Source: Patescibacteria group bacterium (GTDB lineage Bacteria > Patescibacteriota > UBA1384 > XYA2-FULL-43-10 > 1-14-0-10-43-13). From it: 64,000 bases of DNA. The notes below the pieces were generated by a model that saw only the letters and a list, made by a program, of their open reading frames with translations, ran no database searches and was not told the origin of the DNA. Within the stretch, counting starts at the first letter, position 1; every line of letters starts with the position of its first letter. The translations under genes and the position numbers were made by a program. The stretch is from positions 43,901-107,900 of the forward strand of contig JBBTQI010000005.1 of assembly GCA_038078835.1 (NCBI GenBank). Direction: 5' to 3'. Below are positions 1-8,206 of this stretch, piece by piece.

Positions 1-1967
1 GATTGACTTTTTTCTTTGCTGTCCAGGGGAACAAGACGAAATCGTGTCCAGCTTCCCACCCCAACATAATCATGCCGCTCCAGAGAGTAGTGTTTCCCCT
101 TTATCTCAATTGCGATATTAAATTGAGTGTAATCATAAAAACCGCGAGCAAGTCTCTCGAGAATTTTCCCACCACCTGTCCGTGAGTCAAGTGGACGCCA
201 TCTCCAAAGGTAGCGCTCAAACCGCTCTCGATCATCCGGGAGCCGGCCAGCAAATTCATAATCATTTTTCTCCGCCCACTCCCTGGCCGCTCTCTCCCGT
301 TCTGCCGCCCGCTGATCTTCCCGATTGTCTGATACTTCTTTACCGTCATTATCTGCATCGGTTTTTTTCTTTCTCTCCGGCTTGACTCCTGTTGCAGGAG
401 AAATTAATTCTCCAGTATCAGCACCTGACGCCGAGCCGGCACCAGAGGGCGAAGTTGGTGGAAGCGGGGGGCCAGGATGATTGAGCAAACCGGAACCATC
501 CGAATCGCCACCAGATGAGACGGAAGCGTCTTGGGTCTGTTCGGCTGTCCTTCCTTTGTACGCACTAGCCGCTTCAGCCAATTCCTTCAACCCGCCAGAC
601 TCAATTCTCAAATCGTCCCGCGGAGACCGAACTGTTGTTATGTTATCAACTAATTCATTGGCAATGATTCCTGCCCCAACGCCAACCAAAGCTTCGGTTG
701 TATATCCATCAACCTGTGTTTCCGCAACTTCAGCCACACGGTGAAGAAATGCTTCCTTGGTCATCGATCCACCCATAGTATGCATTGCTTGCTGCCCTTG
801 CTCTACTTTATCAGCTAGGGCTCGCAATAATCTCTCCATCCCACCCTGCCCGAGCATATTAGACAAACCAAGCAGTTCTTGTGCCTGTTGTGTTGTGGCA
901 ATGTTGTTGGCAAGCTGAGGATACTCTTCCACTGCGTCAGCCAAACTATCAAGGTCAGGAGCTTTAACATCAAACACGACTTCACCTTCATGTAAATGCA
1001 CGTTGTGACCTTCATGGCCCCGGAGGTGTTCATAAATCCCGTTCCAAATTCTCGCATTTTCCGCGGTCATCCCCTCAACTCCCGGCTGATGCATCAGCCC
1101 CCCACCATGCATCTCGATGCCACGCTCAGAGAGAACTGATTGGGCTTTTTCCATAAGATCAGAGTGCTGAAAATGGGTCATTCCTTCGGCAGCGGCACCC
1201 CCAAAGAGCAATCCGCCAGCTAACGAGGCGCCAAACTTGGACCAACCCCATTTGCGCCGAATCCCTTTGAGCTCTTTGCTCTTGCTTTGAATATGTGCTT
1301 CCGAGGTTTGCTGTTGTACTTCCGTCAATTTATCAATAAAACCAAAAAGGGCGGACCGATCAATTTGCCCCAAACCCTCTTTCTTTATCCGCGTCGCCGC
1401 AGTTCGCATCTTTTTTGCGTCTAATGATTCTGGCCCGGCTTCACCGCTGTTTAATACCGAACTTAAACAATCTTTCGCGGCACTTTGAAGTTTGCCAACG
1501 GCTTGGCGGTTAAACTTTACAACATCGTCCTCGAGTGCATGTTCCCGCTCTACTACTGTCTGATCGCCAATTTTGGATTTATTTTTCCGCCAATCAACGA
1601 GTAATCGTCCAATGTTAGAGCCGATAATTCCTCCAGCAATGCCTGCCCCTGCCACCGGCGCGGCCGTGCCAAGCAAAAAGGCAACTGCCGCACCAACACC
1701 AGCACTGATGCCGGCACGCTTCAAAAATTGAATGATCTCTTCCCTTCGTTCGGCTTTTTTGTCACCGGCAAATCGCTCTGTGTGGCTGTGCCGGTTTAAT
1801 TGTTTCTCGGAAACTGCCGCCATACGCAAAATAAGCTTTTGCAACTCTCTTTGTCGACGTTTTGACTCTTTTTCAAGTTTCCCCTGCTCGGGCGCCGGAA
1901 CTCTCTCGCTCAAATCAGTCGGAGAATTCAGGCTCGCCTCAACGGGGACACTGCCGCCTTCTGCCAT
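1..1967 (-). CDS. Large hypothetical protein, N-terminal ~655 aa in window (C-terminus continues past position 1); two Gly-zipper hydrophobic segments (AGISAGVGAAVAFLLGTAAPVAGAGIAGGIIG; GASLAGGLLFGGAAAEG), His-rich patch HEGHNVHLHEGE
   Basis: Reverse strand has no stop from ATG at 1967..1965 (preceded by GGAGGGG) down to base 1; missing from ORF track only because no stop lies inside the window; TAATG stop/start overlap with upstream gene. Confidence 0.6.
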   Translation of the reverse strand, partial: MAEGGSVPVEASLNSPTDLSERVPAPEQGKLEKESKRRQRELQKLILRMAAVSEKQLNRHSHTERFAGDKKAERREEIIQFLKRAGISAGVGAAVAFLLGTAAPVAGAGIAGGIIGSNIGRLLVDWRKNKSKIGDQTVVEREHALEDDVVKFNRQAVGKLQSAAKDCLSSVLNSGEAGPESLDAKKMRTAATRIKKEGLGQIDRSALFGFIDKLTEVQQQTSEAHIQSKSKELKGIRRKWGWSKFGASLAGGLLFGGAAAEGMTHFQHSDLMEKAQSVLSERGIEMHGGGLMHQPGVEGMTAENARIWNGIYEHLRGHEGHNVHLHEGEVVFDVKAPDLDSLADAVEEYPQLANNIATTQQAQELLGLSNMLGQGGMERLLRALADKVEQGQQAMHTMGGSMTKEAFLHRVAEVAETQVDGYTTEALVGVGAGIIANELVDNITTVRSPRDDLRIESGGLKELAEAASAYKGRTAEQTQDASVSSGGDSDGSGLLNHPGPPLPPTSPSGAGSASGADTGELISPATGVKPERKKKTDADNDGKEVSDNREDQRAAERERAAREWAEKNDYEFAGRLPDDRERFERYLWRWRPLDSRTGGGKILERLARGFYDYTQFNIAIEIKGKHYSLERHDYVGVGSWTRFRLVPLDSKEKSQ

Positions 1968-2326
1968 TACCCCTCCGGGTTATCATCATCCTTTATTGTT
2001 AAACCCATTGAAACCATATCCGCCGCAGTTTTTAACTCTGCTTTATACCTGACTGCTTCTTCGATAATTATCGCTTCAACGGGAATTGCGTGCTCGCTGA
2101 AAAATTTTACAGCTGCTTCCTCGTCGGCAGCATCGCTAACCGCTTCTAAAAGCTGCTTTTGTTCCAACTCCTCGAGTAATCTCAGATTAACGCGATTCTC
2201 GATGGTTTGGAGCATTTTTGCTTTCAATGCACTCTTCTCCTCGTCGGACAGACCGCTTAACCCGATCAAGGTAAAAATATCACTATCGACAAATTTCTCA
2301 ACATCAACAATCTTACTTGAGTTCAT
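1967..2326 (-). CDS. Hypothetical acidic 119-aa protein, first gene of a two-gene operon
   Basis: Track ORF 1967..2386 trimmed to internal ATG at 2326 that is preceded by AAGGAG; stop overlaps next start (TAATG). Confidence 0.5.
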   Translation of the reverse strand: MNSSKIVDVEKFVDSDIFTLIGLSGLSDEEKSALKAKMLQTIENRVNLRLLEELEQKQLLEAVSDAADEEAAVKFFSEHAIPVEAIIIEEAVRYKAELKTAADMVSMGLTIKDDDNPEG

Positions 2327-2357
2327 ATCCCGCTCCTTATTACCTTTTATCACCATT

Positions 2358-2386
2358 AGTATACAAAAGATCCTTATGAAAAGCAA
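2358..2386 (-). promoter_or_regulatory. Sigma70-like promoter for the 2326..1 operon (-35 TTGCTT, 17-nt spacer, -10 TATACT on minus strand)
   Basis: Read on reverse strand: TTGCTTttcataaggatcttttgTATACT, about 30 nt upstream of the AAGGAG/ATG. Confidence 0.45.
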
Positions 2387-2433
2387 AAAGGCTTTCGCTA
2401 GTTAGATACAGTCTAACCTCAGCGAAAGCCTTT
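2387..2433 (-). terminator. Strong rho-independent terminator ending the GC-rich operon (13-bp stem aaaggctttcgct/agcgaaagccttt with nested 6-bp inner hairpin)
   Basis: Perfect 13-bp inverted repeat; on the minus strand it is followed by UUUUUGCUUUUC; sits exactly at the GC-content boundary. Confidence 0.6.
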
Positions 2434-2596
2434 AGCGGTACTTGCCCCGCGGCGGCCTCATCCGCCCGGGAAGGTTGGTCCAGGGAAACTCCTTGTCGTT
2501 GTTCCCGAACTGCTCCTCCCCGAGCTTCTGCCGCCACGAGGCGATCTCGTCAGAGAGAAGGTGGAGATTGCGCTCCACCTCCTCGGGTTGGCCCAG

Positions 2597-3157
2597 TCAA
2601 CTGCCCTCTTTGCCGCGCTTCTCGCGCAGGGCGGCCAGACCGGTCTTGGGCTTGGAGGCCGGCGGTGCCGAGGTTGCCATCTCCGGCGATGCCGGCTCCT
2701 TGCTCTCCTTGAGCGGGGACTCCGGCTCCGAAGACTTCTTCTCCTCCTTCTCCGCGGCCGGTTTGGGCGCAACGATCGGCTTGGGAAGCTCCGAGTTGTG
2801 ACCTTCCCGGGGACCAATCGCCAACGCTTCCCGGCCGGCCTTGACGGCCAGCCAGAGATCGAGGATGTATCCGCCCGCCAGGGTGTAGTTGAACCCCTGG
2901 GGACTCACCTCGACCGAGCCGGCCGGCTCGTCCAGCCGAACCTGCTTCTCCTCGCCGGCCTTCTGAAGGAAGACGCCCTTTGCCTTGGTCGCCACCGTGT
3001 TAGTGGGACCCTGGAAAAGGACATGGCCTTCGGCCGGGTCGGCGCCCTCGTTCTCAACGCGGATGCAAAGGAGATAGATATTCCCTTCTGGCACCCCGGC
3101 CTGGTTGATCGGCTGCTTTATCTCCGCGTCCCACGCGAAAGCAGTCACCTCTGTCAT
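2597..3157 (-). CDS. Hypothetical protein (GC-rich island 1), Lys/Pro/Glu-rich C-terminus
   Basis: 186-aa ORF, about 65% GC; start ATG 1 nt after upstream stop with GGAGGAGG inside the upstream gene end. Confidence 0.5.
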   Translation of the reverse strand: MTEVTAFAWDAEIKQPINQAGVPEGNIYLLCIRVENEGADPAEGHVLFQGPTNTVATKAKGVFLQKAGEEKQVRLDEPAGSVEVSPQGFNYTLAGGYILDLWLAVKAGREALAIGPREGHNSELPKPIVAPKPAAEKEEKKSSEPESPLKESKEPASPEMATSAPPASKPKTGLAALREKRGKEGS

Positions 3158-3158
3158 A

Positions 3159-3683
3159 TCACTCCTCCTCCTTCTCCGCCTCGGCCTCGGCGACCTTGCG
3201 GACCGCTCGTGCCAACGGATCCGGCAAAACCTTCTCCCCTCGCAGGATCGAGAGCATAGCGGGCATTGTCACGTAGGCCTCGCCGCTCATGATGTACGGG
3301 GAGTAGTCCTGCCCAGCGTCGCCGACAACCTCGTAGGTCCAGCGGCCGCTCTGGCGGGAGCGCTTGATGACGACCTCGGCGCCGTCACCATCAACCCAGG
3401 CCGGCTTACTGCCGCGCTCGACACCGTGAGGGTAATCGGCCTCCACAGCGATCGGAGCGATCAGCGCTTCCTCGCCACTTGACCGCTTCGCCTTAACAGC
3501 GAAATCAGGAAAGTAGTTGAGGAAGAGATCGGCCGCGATGTCGCCGAGATTCTTGCCCCCATACCGTCGCTGGTTGTTGGGCTGAGCAATCTCGGCGATC
3601 TCCGAGAGCCTGAAGTAGAGCCAACCAAGCGGGCCGCGAACAGCCGGCGGCTGAACTCTTGGGAAAACCGTACTCTTGGCCAT
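3159..3683 (-). CDS. Hypothetical protein (GC-rich island 1)
   Basis: Track ORF 3159..3728 trimmed to ATG (MAKSTVF...) preceded by GGAGGAGGG. Confidence 0.5.
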   Translation of the reverse strand: MAKSTVFPRVQPPAVRGPLGWLYFRLSEIAEIAQPNNQRRYGGKNLGDIAADLFLNYFPDFAVKAKRSSGEEALIAPIAVEADYPHGVERGSKPAWVDGDGAEVVIKRSRQSGRWTYEVVGDAGQDYSPYIMSGEAYVTMPAMLSILRGEKVLPDPLARAVRKVAEAEAEKEEE

Positions 3684-3899
3684 TTCTGTAAACCCTCCTC
3701 CGGTTTTAGAGGACCGGAAACCTGTCACGCGTTTCAGATTTGACAGCGTAATGGAAAGAAGCTACTCACATTCTATGAGTAATTTTTTTTCATTAATAGG
3801 TCGGATGAGACCGAGCCGCTTGGCGGCTCGGTCTCCAAATCCCCTGATTAGAAGTACGAGTTGCTTGGACAGGGATAAGTCCCCAAGCAACTCTTGGCG

Positions 3900-4448
3900 C
3901 TAAAAAGCCGGTCCGCCGGCCGGCGGTCCGGCCGGACCGCCCAGGGGTGCGGCGGAAACGGCCACGGTGCCGGCCAGCAACGGACCTGGATTCATCTGCT
4001 GCTGCCAGTCGTTGCCCTGAAGGGGCAACAAAGCCGGTGCTGCCGGATTGTGGCCGACGCTCCAGCCAATACTGATCGGCTGGCCGTTGGCGTCCGCCCG
4101 AATCGAGACGGTCACCTCGATCAGTGTCCGGGGCGGCAAGGTGAAGTTGAAGCCCCACCCCGCTGGATCGATCATCCCGGTCTTGTTCTGTGGCACCTGG
4201 CCACGGGGCTCACCGCTCGGCCCACACTCACAGGAGACATACGTTGCCGTCGCATTGGCAACATTGCTGACTCCCGCTGGGTGGATGAAGGCGATGTTAC
4301 CCTTGCCCCTGCCAGTAGAGACAGGATTGGCAATCCGGATCACGACCTTGTAGTCGCAATCCGGAGGTACTACCGCGCCGATCAGGCTGTACAGCGCGGG
4401 CTGGTTAGCGTCGTTCAGCCCGAGCAGACTGGCTTGAACGTGAAACAT
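3900..4448 (-). CDS. Hypothetical protein (GC-rich island 1), Gly/Pro-rich C-terminus
   Basis: 182-aa ORF with AAGGAGGGG RBS; stop region carries a GC palindrome. Confidence 0.5.
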   Translation of the reverse strand: MFHVQASLLGLNDANQPALYSLIGAVVPPDCDYKVVIRIANPVSTGRGKGNIAFIHPAGVSNVANATATYVSCECGPSGEPRGQVPQNKTGMIDPAGWGFNFTLPPRTLIEVTVSIRADANGQPISIGWSVGHNPAAPALLPLQGNDWQQQMNPGPLLAGTVAVSAAPLGGPAGPPAGGPAF

Positions 4449-4461
4449 TTACCCCTCCTTC

Positions 4462-4995
4462 TCATGGGTGGTGGCCAATGAAGTGTCCCGTGTTTGGCGA
4501 TGGAACCCGGTGAGTGTTGGCCACCGTGGTTGTTACCTGGGCACCCGCGACGGTCGTGCCGGGAGCCAGCGGCTGGGTAGTCGCTGGAGCGCCCGGCTGG
4601 TTGACGGTTGGTGCCATCGGTTGAACGACGACCCCCTGCGTCACCAACTGATGACGGTTCCTGATCGCCCAAGCTACTGCGAGAGCGATGGCGGCAAGCA
4701 CCACGATACCAGCGATGATCCACATATCCGTGTGGGAGGGACCATCATCCGGCATGGCGATGTAAGTCGGAGCCGGAACCGCTACGGTTGGAGCAGGTGC
4801 CGAACTGGGGGGTGCAAGTGCAACCCTAGCCGGCGACAGTGCCTTACTGGGCTCTGCCGAGTGTGCGACCGCAGCCGGCGTTGTCTGCTGGCGACGCGCC
4901 GCCATCTCCCTCAAACTCCACCAGGAGACGAGGAGGACGGTGAGCGCCATGGAAGCCAGCAAAGCCGTCCTTCTTGATATCCTTGGTATCCTCAT
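4462..4995 (-). CDS. Hypothetical membrane protein (GC-rich island 1), two predicted TM segments
   Basis: Track ORF 4462..5070 trimmed to ATG (MRIPRISRRTALLASMALTVLLV...) preceded by GAGGGG. Confidence 0.5.
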   Translation of the reverse strand: MRIPRISRRTALLASMALTVLLVSWWSLREMAARRQQTTPAAVAHSAEPSKALSPARVALAPPSSAPAPTVAVPAPTYIAMPDDGPSHTDMWIIAGIVVLAAIALAVAWAIRNRHQLVTQGVVVQPMAPTVNQPGAPATTQPLAPGTTVAGAQVTTTVANTHRVPSPNTGHFIGHHP

Positions 4996-5011
4996 CTTAC
5001 CCCTCGTTTCC

Positions 5012-5716
5012 CTAGCGTGAGACCAGCAAGAGGGTGAGAAAGACCAGAATGGCCATAATGCCCGCGGCAATGAACGCCTTGGGCCATGTCATTCCGAGTT
5101 CTCGCCAAATCTGCTGATGCTCGACGCTGTTTTGGAGCTCGCGGCGATCCTCCCGTCGATCCTGGGCCTCGTCCCGCACATCGCTGTGCAGGTTGGCCCG
5201 CTCAATCGAGCGGTTAACGGCAGTCGCCAGCTCCTCGCGAGTTGTAAACGACTGCCATTCCCGGCTTCGCCAAGTGGTGTAGGGGCGGCGGCCCACCAGG
5301 CGGTTGTTGGCAAGCGCCCGCTGAACCTCACCCATCGCCCACTCGCTCGCCGCACCGGATGGCAGTTTGGCCGGGACAATTCTGATGAATGTCCGGCCTT
5401 GTACTATCCGCCGCTCCACGACCTTCATGTGGCGACCATGTCCGACCACTGTCGTGGTAACACGGCCGCCGTGGTTGGCGGTGCCGGCTTGGCCGGCGGT
5501 CGGCACAGTGGGCTGGTCGGCGGACGAACCAACGGGCGGGTTTTGATGCCCCTCGCTGTCCTCCAGCCGCACTCTCGGCTCGCCCTTCTCTTCGGGCGAA
5601 CCGAGTGACGACGGGCCACCACGATGGGTCGTCATCACCTCTGCTCGCGCCCAGACGGGCGCGGCGTTGCTGGCAAACAGGGCTGCCAGCAGGCCCGCGA
5701 TGAGAACTCCTCTCAT
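5012..5716 (-). CDS. Hypothetical secreted protein with N-terminal signal peptide and C-terminal TM anchor (GC-rich island 1, first gene)
   Basis: 234-aa ORF; GGAGGAAGGAG RBS; signal peptide MRGVLIAGLLAALFASNAAPVWA; C-terminal hydrophobic segment. Confidence 0.55.
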   Translation of the reverse strand: MRGVLIAGLLAALFASNAAPVWARAEVMTTHRGGPSSLGSPEEKGEPRVRLEDSEGHQNPPVGSSADQPTVPTAGQAGTANHGGRVTTTVVGHGRHMKVVERRIVQGRTFIRIVPAKLPSGAASEWAMGEVQRALANNRLVGRRPYTTWRSREWQSFTTREELATAVNRSIERANLHSDVRDEAQDRREDRRELQNSVEHQQIWRELGMTWPKAFIAAGIMAILVFLTLLLVSR

Positions 5717-5937
5717 AGAGTTCTCCTTCCTCCGCTTAAGAATTATCCCCGCCTTTCGTTGTGGGATCCTTGGAGCGGATGGAGGGAGCCGATGCTGGCG
5801 TGCCCTCCCGTCAAATAGATACTAAGGCCAAAGGCATTAAGCCTCCATTTGATGAAAGGGCACTATTTTCTTGTCAAGGTGCTAATTCGCGCCAGAACGA
5901 ACCCAGTTTTTGATGGCGTGAATTCGGTGTCTGACGC

Positions 5938-6025
5938 AAAAGTGTGCTGCACGGTATAAATACGGGCGGAGGGGGAACCCGTATTCCTTCGGCTTGCGCC
6001 AAAGGAGTACCGCACAGCACACTTT
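5938..6025. repeat. Structured palindromic element A (about 88 nt): 18-bp outer stem, inner hairpin with loop CGGAGGGGGAA, second hairpin; core GGCGGAGGGGGAACC at 5965..5979
   Basis: aaagtgtgctgcacggta...taccgcacagcacacttt outer stem; atacggg/cccgtat inner stem; homologous to element B at 6628..6722. Confidence 0.55.
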
Positions 6026-6083
6026 CGCCTCCAGACAATTCGTCATCTGCTAGCTCTATATTTAGAGCCCAAAGTCATACTAC

Positions 6084-6113
6084 TGGATCCCCGATCGAGT
6101 CGGGGATGACAAC
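6084..6113. repeat. Hairpin repeat family H1, copy 1 (tggATCCCCGAtcgagTCGGGGATgacaac)
   Basis: 8-bp perfect stem; related copies at 15837, 19746-19855 and 42552. Confidence 0.5.
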
Positions 6114-6204
6114 ATTTCATTGTTCATTCCCGGTTGGTCAGTGTAACAGCGCATTATAGCATAGCAAGTGGTCGCTGTCAAGGTTTTATCCACAGAAAAC
6201 TTTG

Positions 6205-6233
6205 TTGACAGTAACATCCTGAAGGCTTAATAT
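6205..6233 (+). promoter_or_regulatory. Near-consensus sigma70 promoter (TTGACA, 17 nt, TAATAT) for the coiled-coil gene; perfect DnaA-box 9-mer TTATCCACA lies at 6186..6194 just upstream
   Basis: TTGACAgtaacatcctgaaggctTAATAT followed by AAGGAG and ATG at 6252. Confidence 0.6.
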
Positions 6234-6251
6234 CTTATCATAAGGAGAAAA

Positions 6252-6527
6252 ATGGCACTCGACAAAAACGACATTAAAATTATCAACGATCTCTTAATGA
6301 AGTCGGAAGATCGAATAATCTCCAAGGTTGATTCGAAGATTGATTTTGCTGTTGAAAAACTTGAACTTCGACTCGAGAATGTCGAACATCGATTGGAGAA
6401 TGTTGAGCTTCGACTCAAGAACGTCGAAAGAAGCATCGACGATCTAATTGAAACAAATCAAGCCTTTCTTGAGCTCTTCAATGACCACGAAAAAAGAATT
6501 ACCCGCCTTGAAACAAAAGTACTCTAG
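6252..6527 (+). CDS. Small coiled-coil protein (91 aa) with imperfect ENVE.RL heptad-like repeats
   Basis: ORF with strong promoter and AAGGAG RBS; sequence ...LELRLENVEHRLENVELRLKNVERSIDDL... Confidence 0.6.
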   Translation: MALDKNDIKIINDLLMKSEDRIISKVDSKIDFAVEKLELRLENVEHRLENVELRLKNVERSIDDLIETNQAFLELFNDHEKRITRLETKVL

Positions 6528-6627
6528 TTGACAATCCTCCTTCTCTTGGGTTCGTCTCAAAACCTGCGGGGTTGCCGGCGAATCTGCGCTATGGAGGGTT
6601 GTTTTATCTCTCTGACGGGAGAAAACA

Positions 6628-6722
6628 AAAAGTGCGGCAAGGCGCTGTATAGTCAAACGCAGGCGGAGGGGGAACCTACGACTCGCCGAAGCGAGTAAGA
6701 CTACACAGCGCGCTACCGCACT
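6628..6722. repeat. Structured palindromic element B (about 95 nt), homolog of element A; identical core GGCGGAGGGGGAACC at 6662..6676 in the same orientation
   Basis: agtgcgg..gcgctgtatagtc / gactacacagcgc..ccgcact outer stems; inner hairpin loop CGGAGGGGGAA; hairpin actcgc-cgaa-gcgagt. Confidence 0.55.
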
Positions 6723-6784
6723 GATTTGCTCTAATTGCTCAGAACATCTGATGTTATCATACCTAAATTTTTTTGTCAAGAGGA

Positions 6785-7993
6785 TTATTCTTGGCGCAAC
6801 TCCCGCATCAGGTTTAGATATTGCCAGAGGTTGTGGAGCGTGGCCAGACGCAAACCCAAAATCTCATTGGATCGCAGAAGATGGGAGATGTAAGCACGAG
6901 AGAAACCGGCGGTGCAAGCGGGACAGGCGCAATTTTCATCAATCACTTTTGGATCCTCGCGATATCGGGAGTTTAGGAGATTAATTAACTCGTAGCCCTC
7001 ACCCCCACCCTCTCCCCGGAGGGGCGAGGGGATTTGTTGTTGGTCGTTGGAACGTTCGTCGTCCATTTCTGATTTGCAAACATAGACAGAACCGTGCCTC
7101 GCTAAACGTGTCGGCAGGACGCAGTCAAACATATCCATACCCAAACGGGTTGCCTGAATAATATCATCGGGGGTTCCCACACCCATAAGATAGCGCGGTT
7201 TGTCTTGGGGTAGAATCTCCCCCATTAATTTAACTATGTCCCACATATCGCGCGTCTCCAGATCAACCGCCAAACCGCCCACGGCATAACCGTCAAAGCC
7301 GATCTCCGCCAGTGCTGCGGCGCACTCTTGCCGCAAAGTAAGATCCAACCCACCCTGGACAATAGCAAACAGCAGCGGCCGGAGGCTGGAGGCCTGTCCG
7401 TTGAGCCTTGGGCCTTGGGCGCGGGCAAGAAAATGTTTTTTTGCCCGCTTCGCCCATTCGATCGTTAGTTGTGTCGCGCGCTTGATCTCCTCCGGCGTCG
7501 CCTTGCCGCTCGGGCACACGTCAAGCGGCATTAAGATGTCCACGCCCAGATCGAGCTGAATATCGATAACCCTTTCCGGTGTGAAAAAATGCTTCGAGCC
7601 GTCAAGGTGAGAAGTGAACTCGACGCCATCATCACAAATTTGCACCAACCCATCCGCCTGAGGCCTGAGGCCTGAGGCCTGAGACGAGTTTTTAGCCAGG
7701 CTAAAAACCTGGTAGCCGCCGGAGTCCGTAAGAATCGGTTTATCCCAGCGCATAAAGGAGTGCAGACCACCCAATTTTTTAATAAGCCTCTCGCCCGGCC
7801 GGAGATAGAGATGATAAGTGTTGGCCAAAATAATTTCGGCCCCAAGTTCTTTGAGCTCCCGCGGCGCCACCCCCTTGACACTGCCCGCTGTCCCCACCGG
7901 CATAAAAAAGGGAGTGCGAATAAGACCGTGGGGAATAGTCAACTCGCCAACGCGAACAGCGCTTTCTAGTTTTTTAATCAGTGAAAATGGCAT
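6785..7993 (-). CDS. tgt: Queuine tRNA-ribosyltransferase (tRNA-guanine transglycosylase)
   Basis: Tgt-like N-terminus (...FFMPVGT...), Zn motif CACPACTAG...H, catalytic region LTDSGGYQVFSL. Confidence 0.9.
   Translation of the reverse strand: MPFSLIKKLESAVRVGELTIPHGLIRTPFFMPVGTAGSVKGVAPRELKELGAEIILANTYHLYLRPGERLIKKLGGLHSFMRWDKPILTDSGGYQVFSLAKNSSQASGLRPQADGLVQICDDGVEFTSHLDGSKHFFTPERVIDIQLDLGVDILMPLDVCPSGKATPEEIKRATQLTIEWAKRAKKHFLARAQGPRLNGQASSLRPLLFAIVQGGLDLTLRQECAAALAEIGFDGYAVGGLAVDLETRDMWDIVKLMGEILPQDKPRYLMGVGTPDDIIQATRLGMDMFDCVLPTRLARHGSVYVCKSEMDDERSNDQQQIPSPLRGEGGGEGYELINLLNSRYREDPKVIDENCACPACTAGFSRAYISHLLRSNEILGLRLATLHNLWQYLNLMRELRQE
7656..7683. repeat. Tandem heptanucleotide repeat (gcctgag x4, 28 nt) inside tgt coding sequence
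   Basis: Four perfect 7-nt units; encodes SQASGLRPQA in the Tgt frame. Confidence 0.8.
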
Positions 7994-8002
7994 AGGTTAA
8001 TA

Positions 8003-8029
8003 TTACCAAAAAAGCCCTTCTGCGGCTTT
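8003..8029 (-). terminator. Rho-independent terminator downstream of rplL (aaagcc-gcagaag-ggcttt + U-run on minus strand)
   Basis: 6-bp stem plus T-tract; two further hairpins with GCTTGC loops at about 8120-8170. Confidence 0.5.
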
Positions 8030-8206
8030 CTTGGTTTTAATTCGTTTATTACAAGATACGATAATGCCCGAAGGGCGACAGAGCGTAAAAAAAGGTATGG
8101 CTCTGGTTCAATACCGCGGAGCTTGCTCCGCTACAAGGTGAGTCCAGAGCTTGCTCTGGGGTTAATACCTTTTATATTCGTGCGCACTATCTGTGTCATC
8201 TGTGTC

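Noticed and set aside
2458-3259. Long Arg-rich and Leu/Arg-rich ORFs (2458..2817 -, 2561..3259 +) and many other overlapping ORFs in the two GC-rich islands
   Set aside because: Alternative-frame artefacts typical of 65% GC DNA; they overlap better-supported, RBS-preceded co-directional genes.
5938-6722. Elements A/B as integron attC sites, SRP/6S RNA, hammerhead or T-box
   Set aside because: No R''/L''/L'/R' core sites (GTTRRRY), no SRP domain IV motifs, no CUGANGA/GAAA hammerhead core, no T-box consensus; left unclassified.
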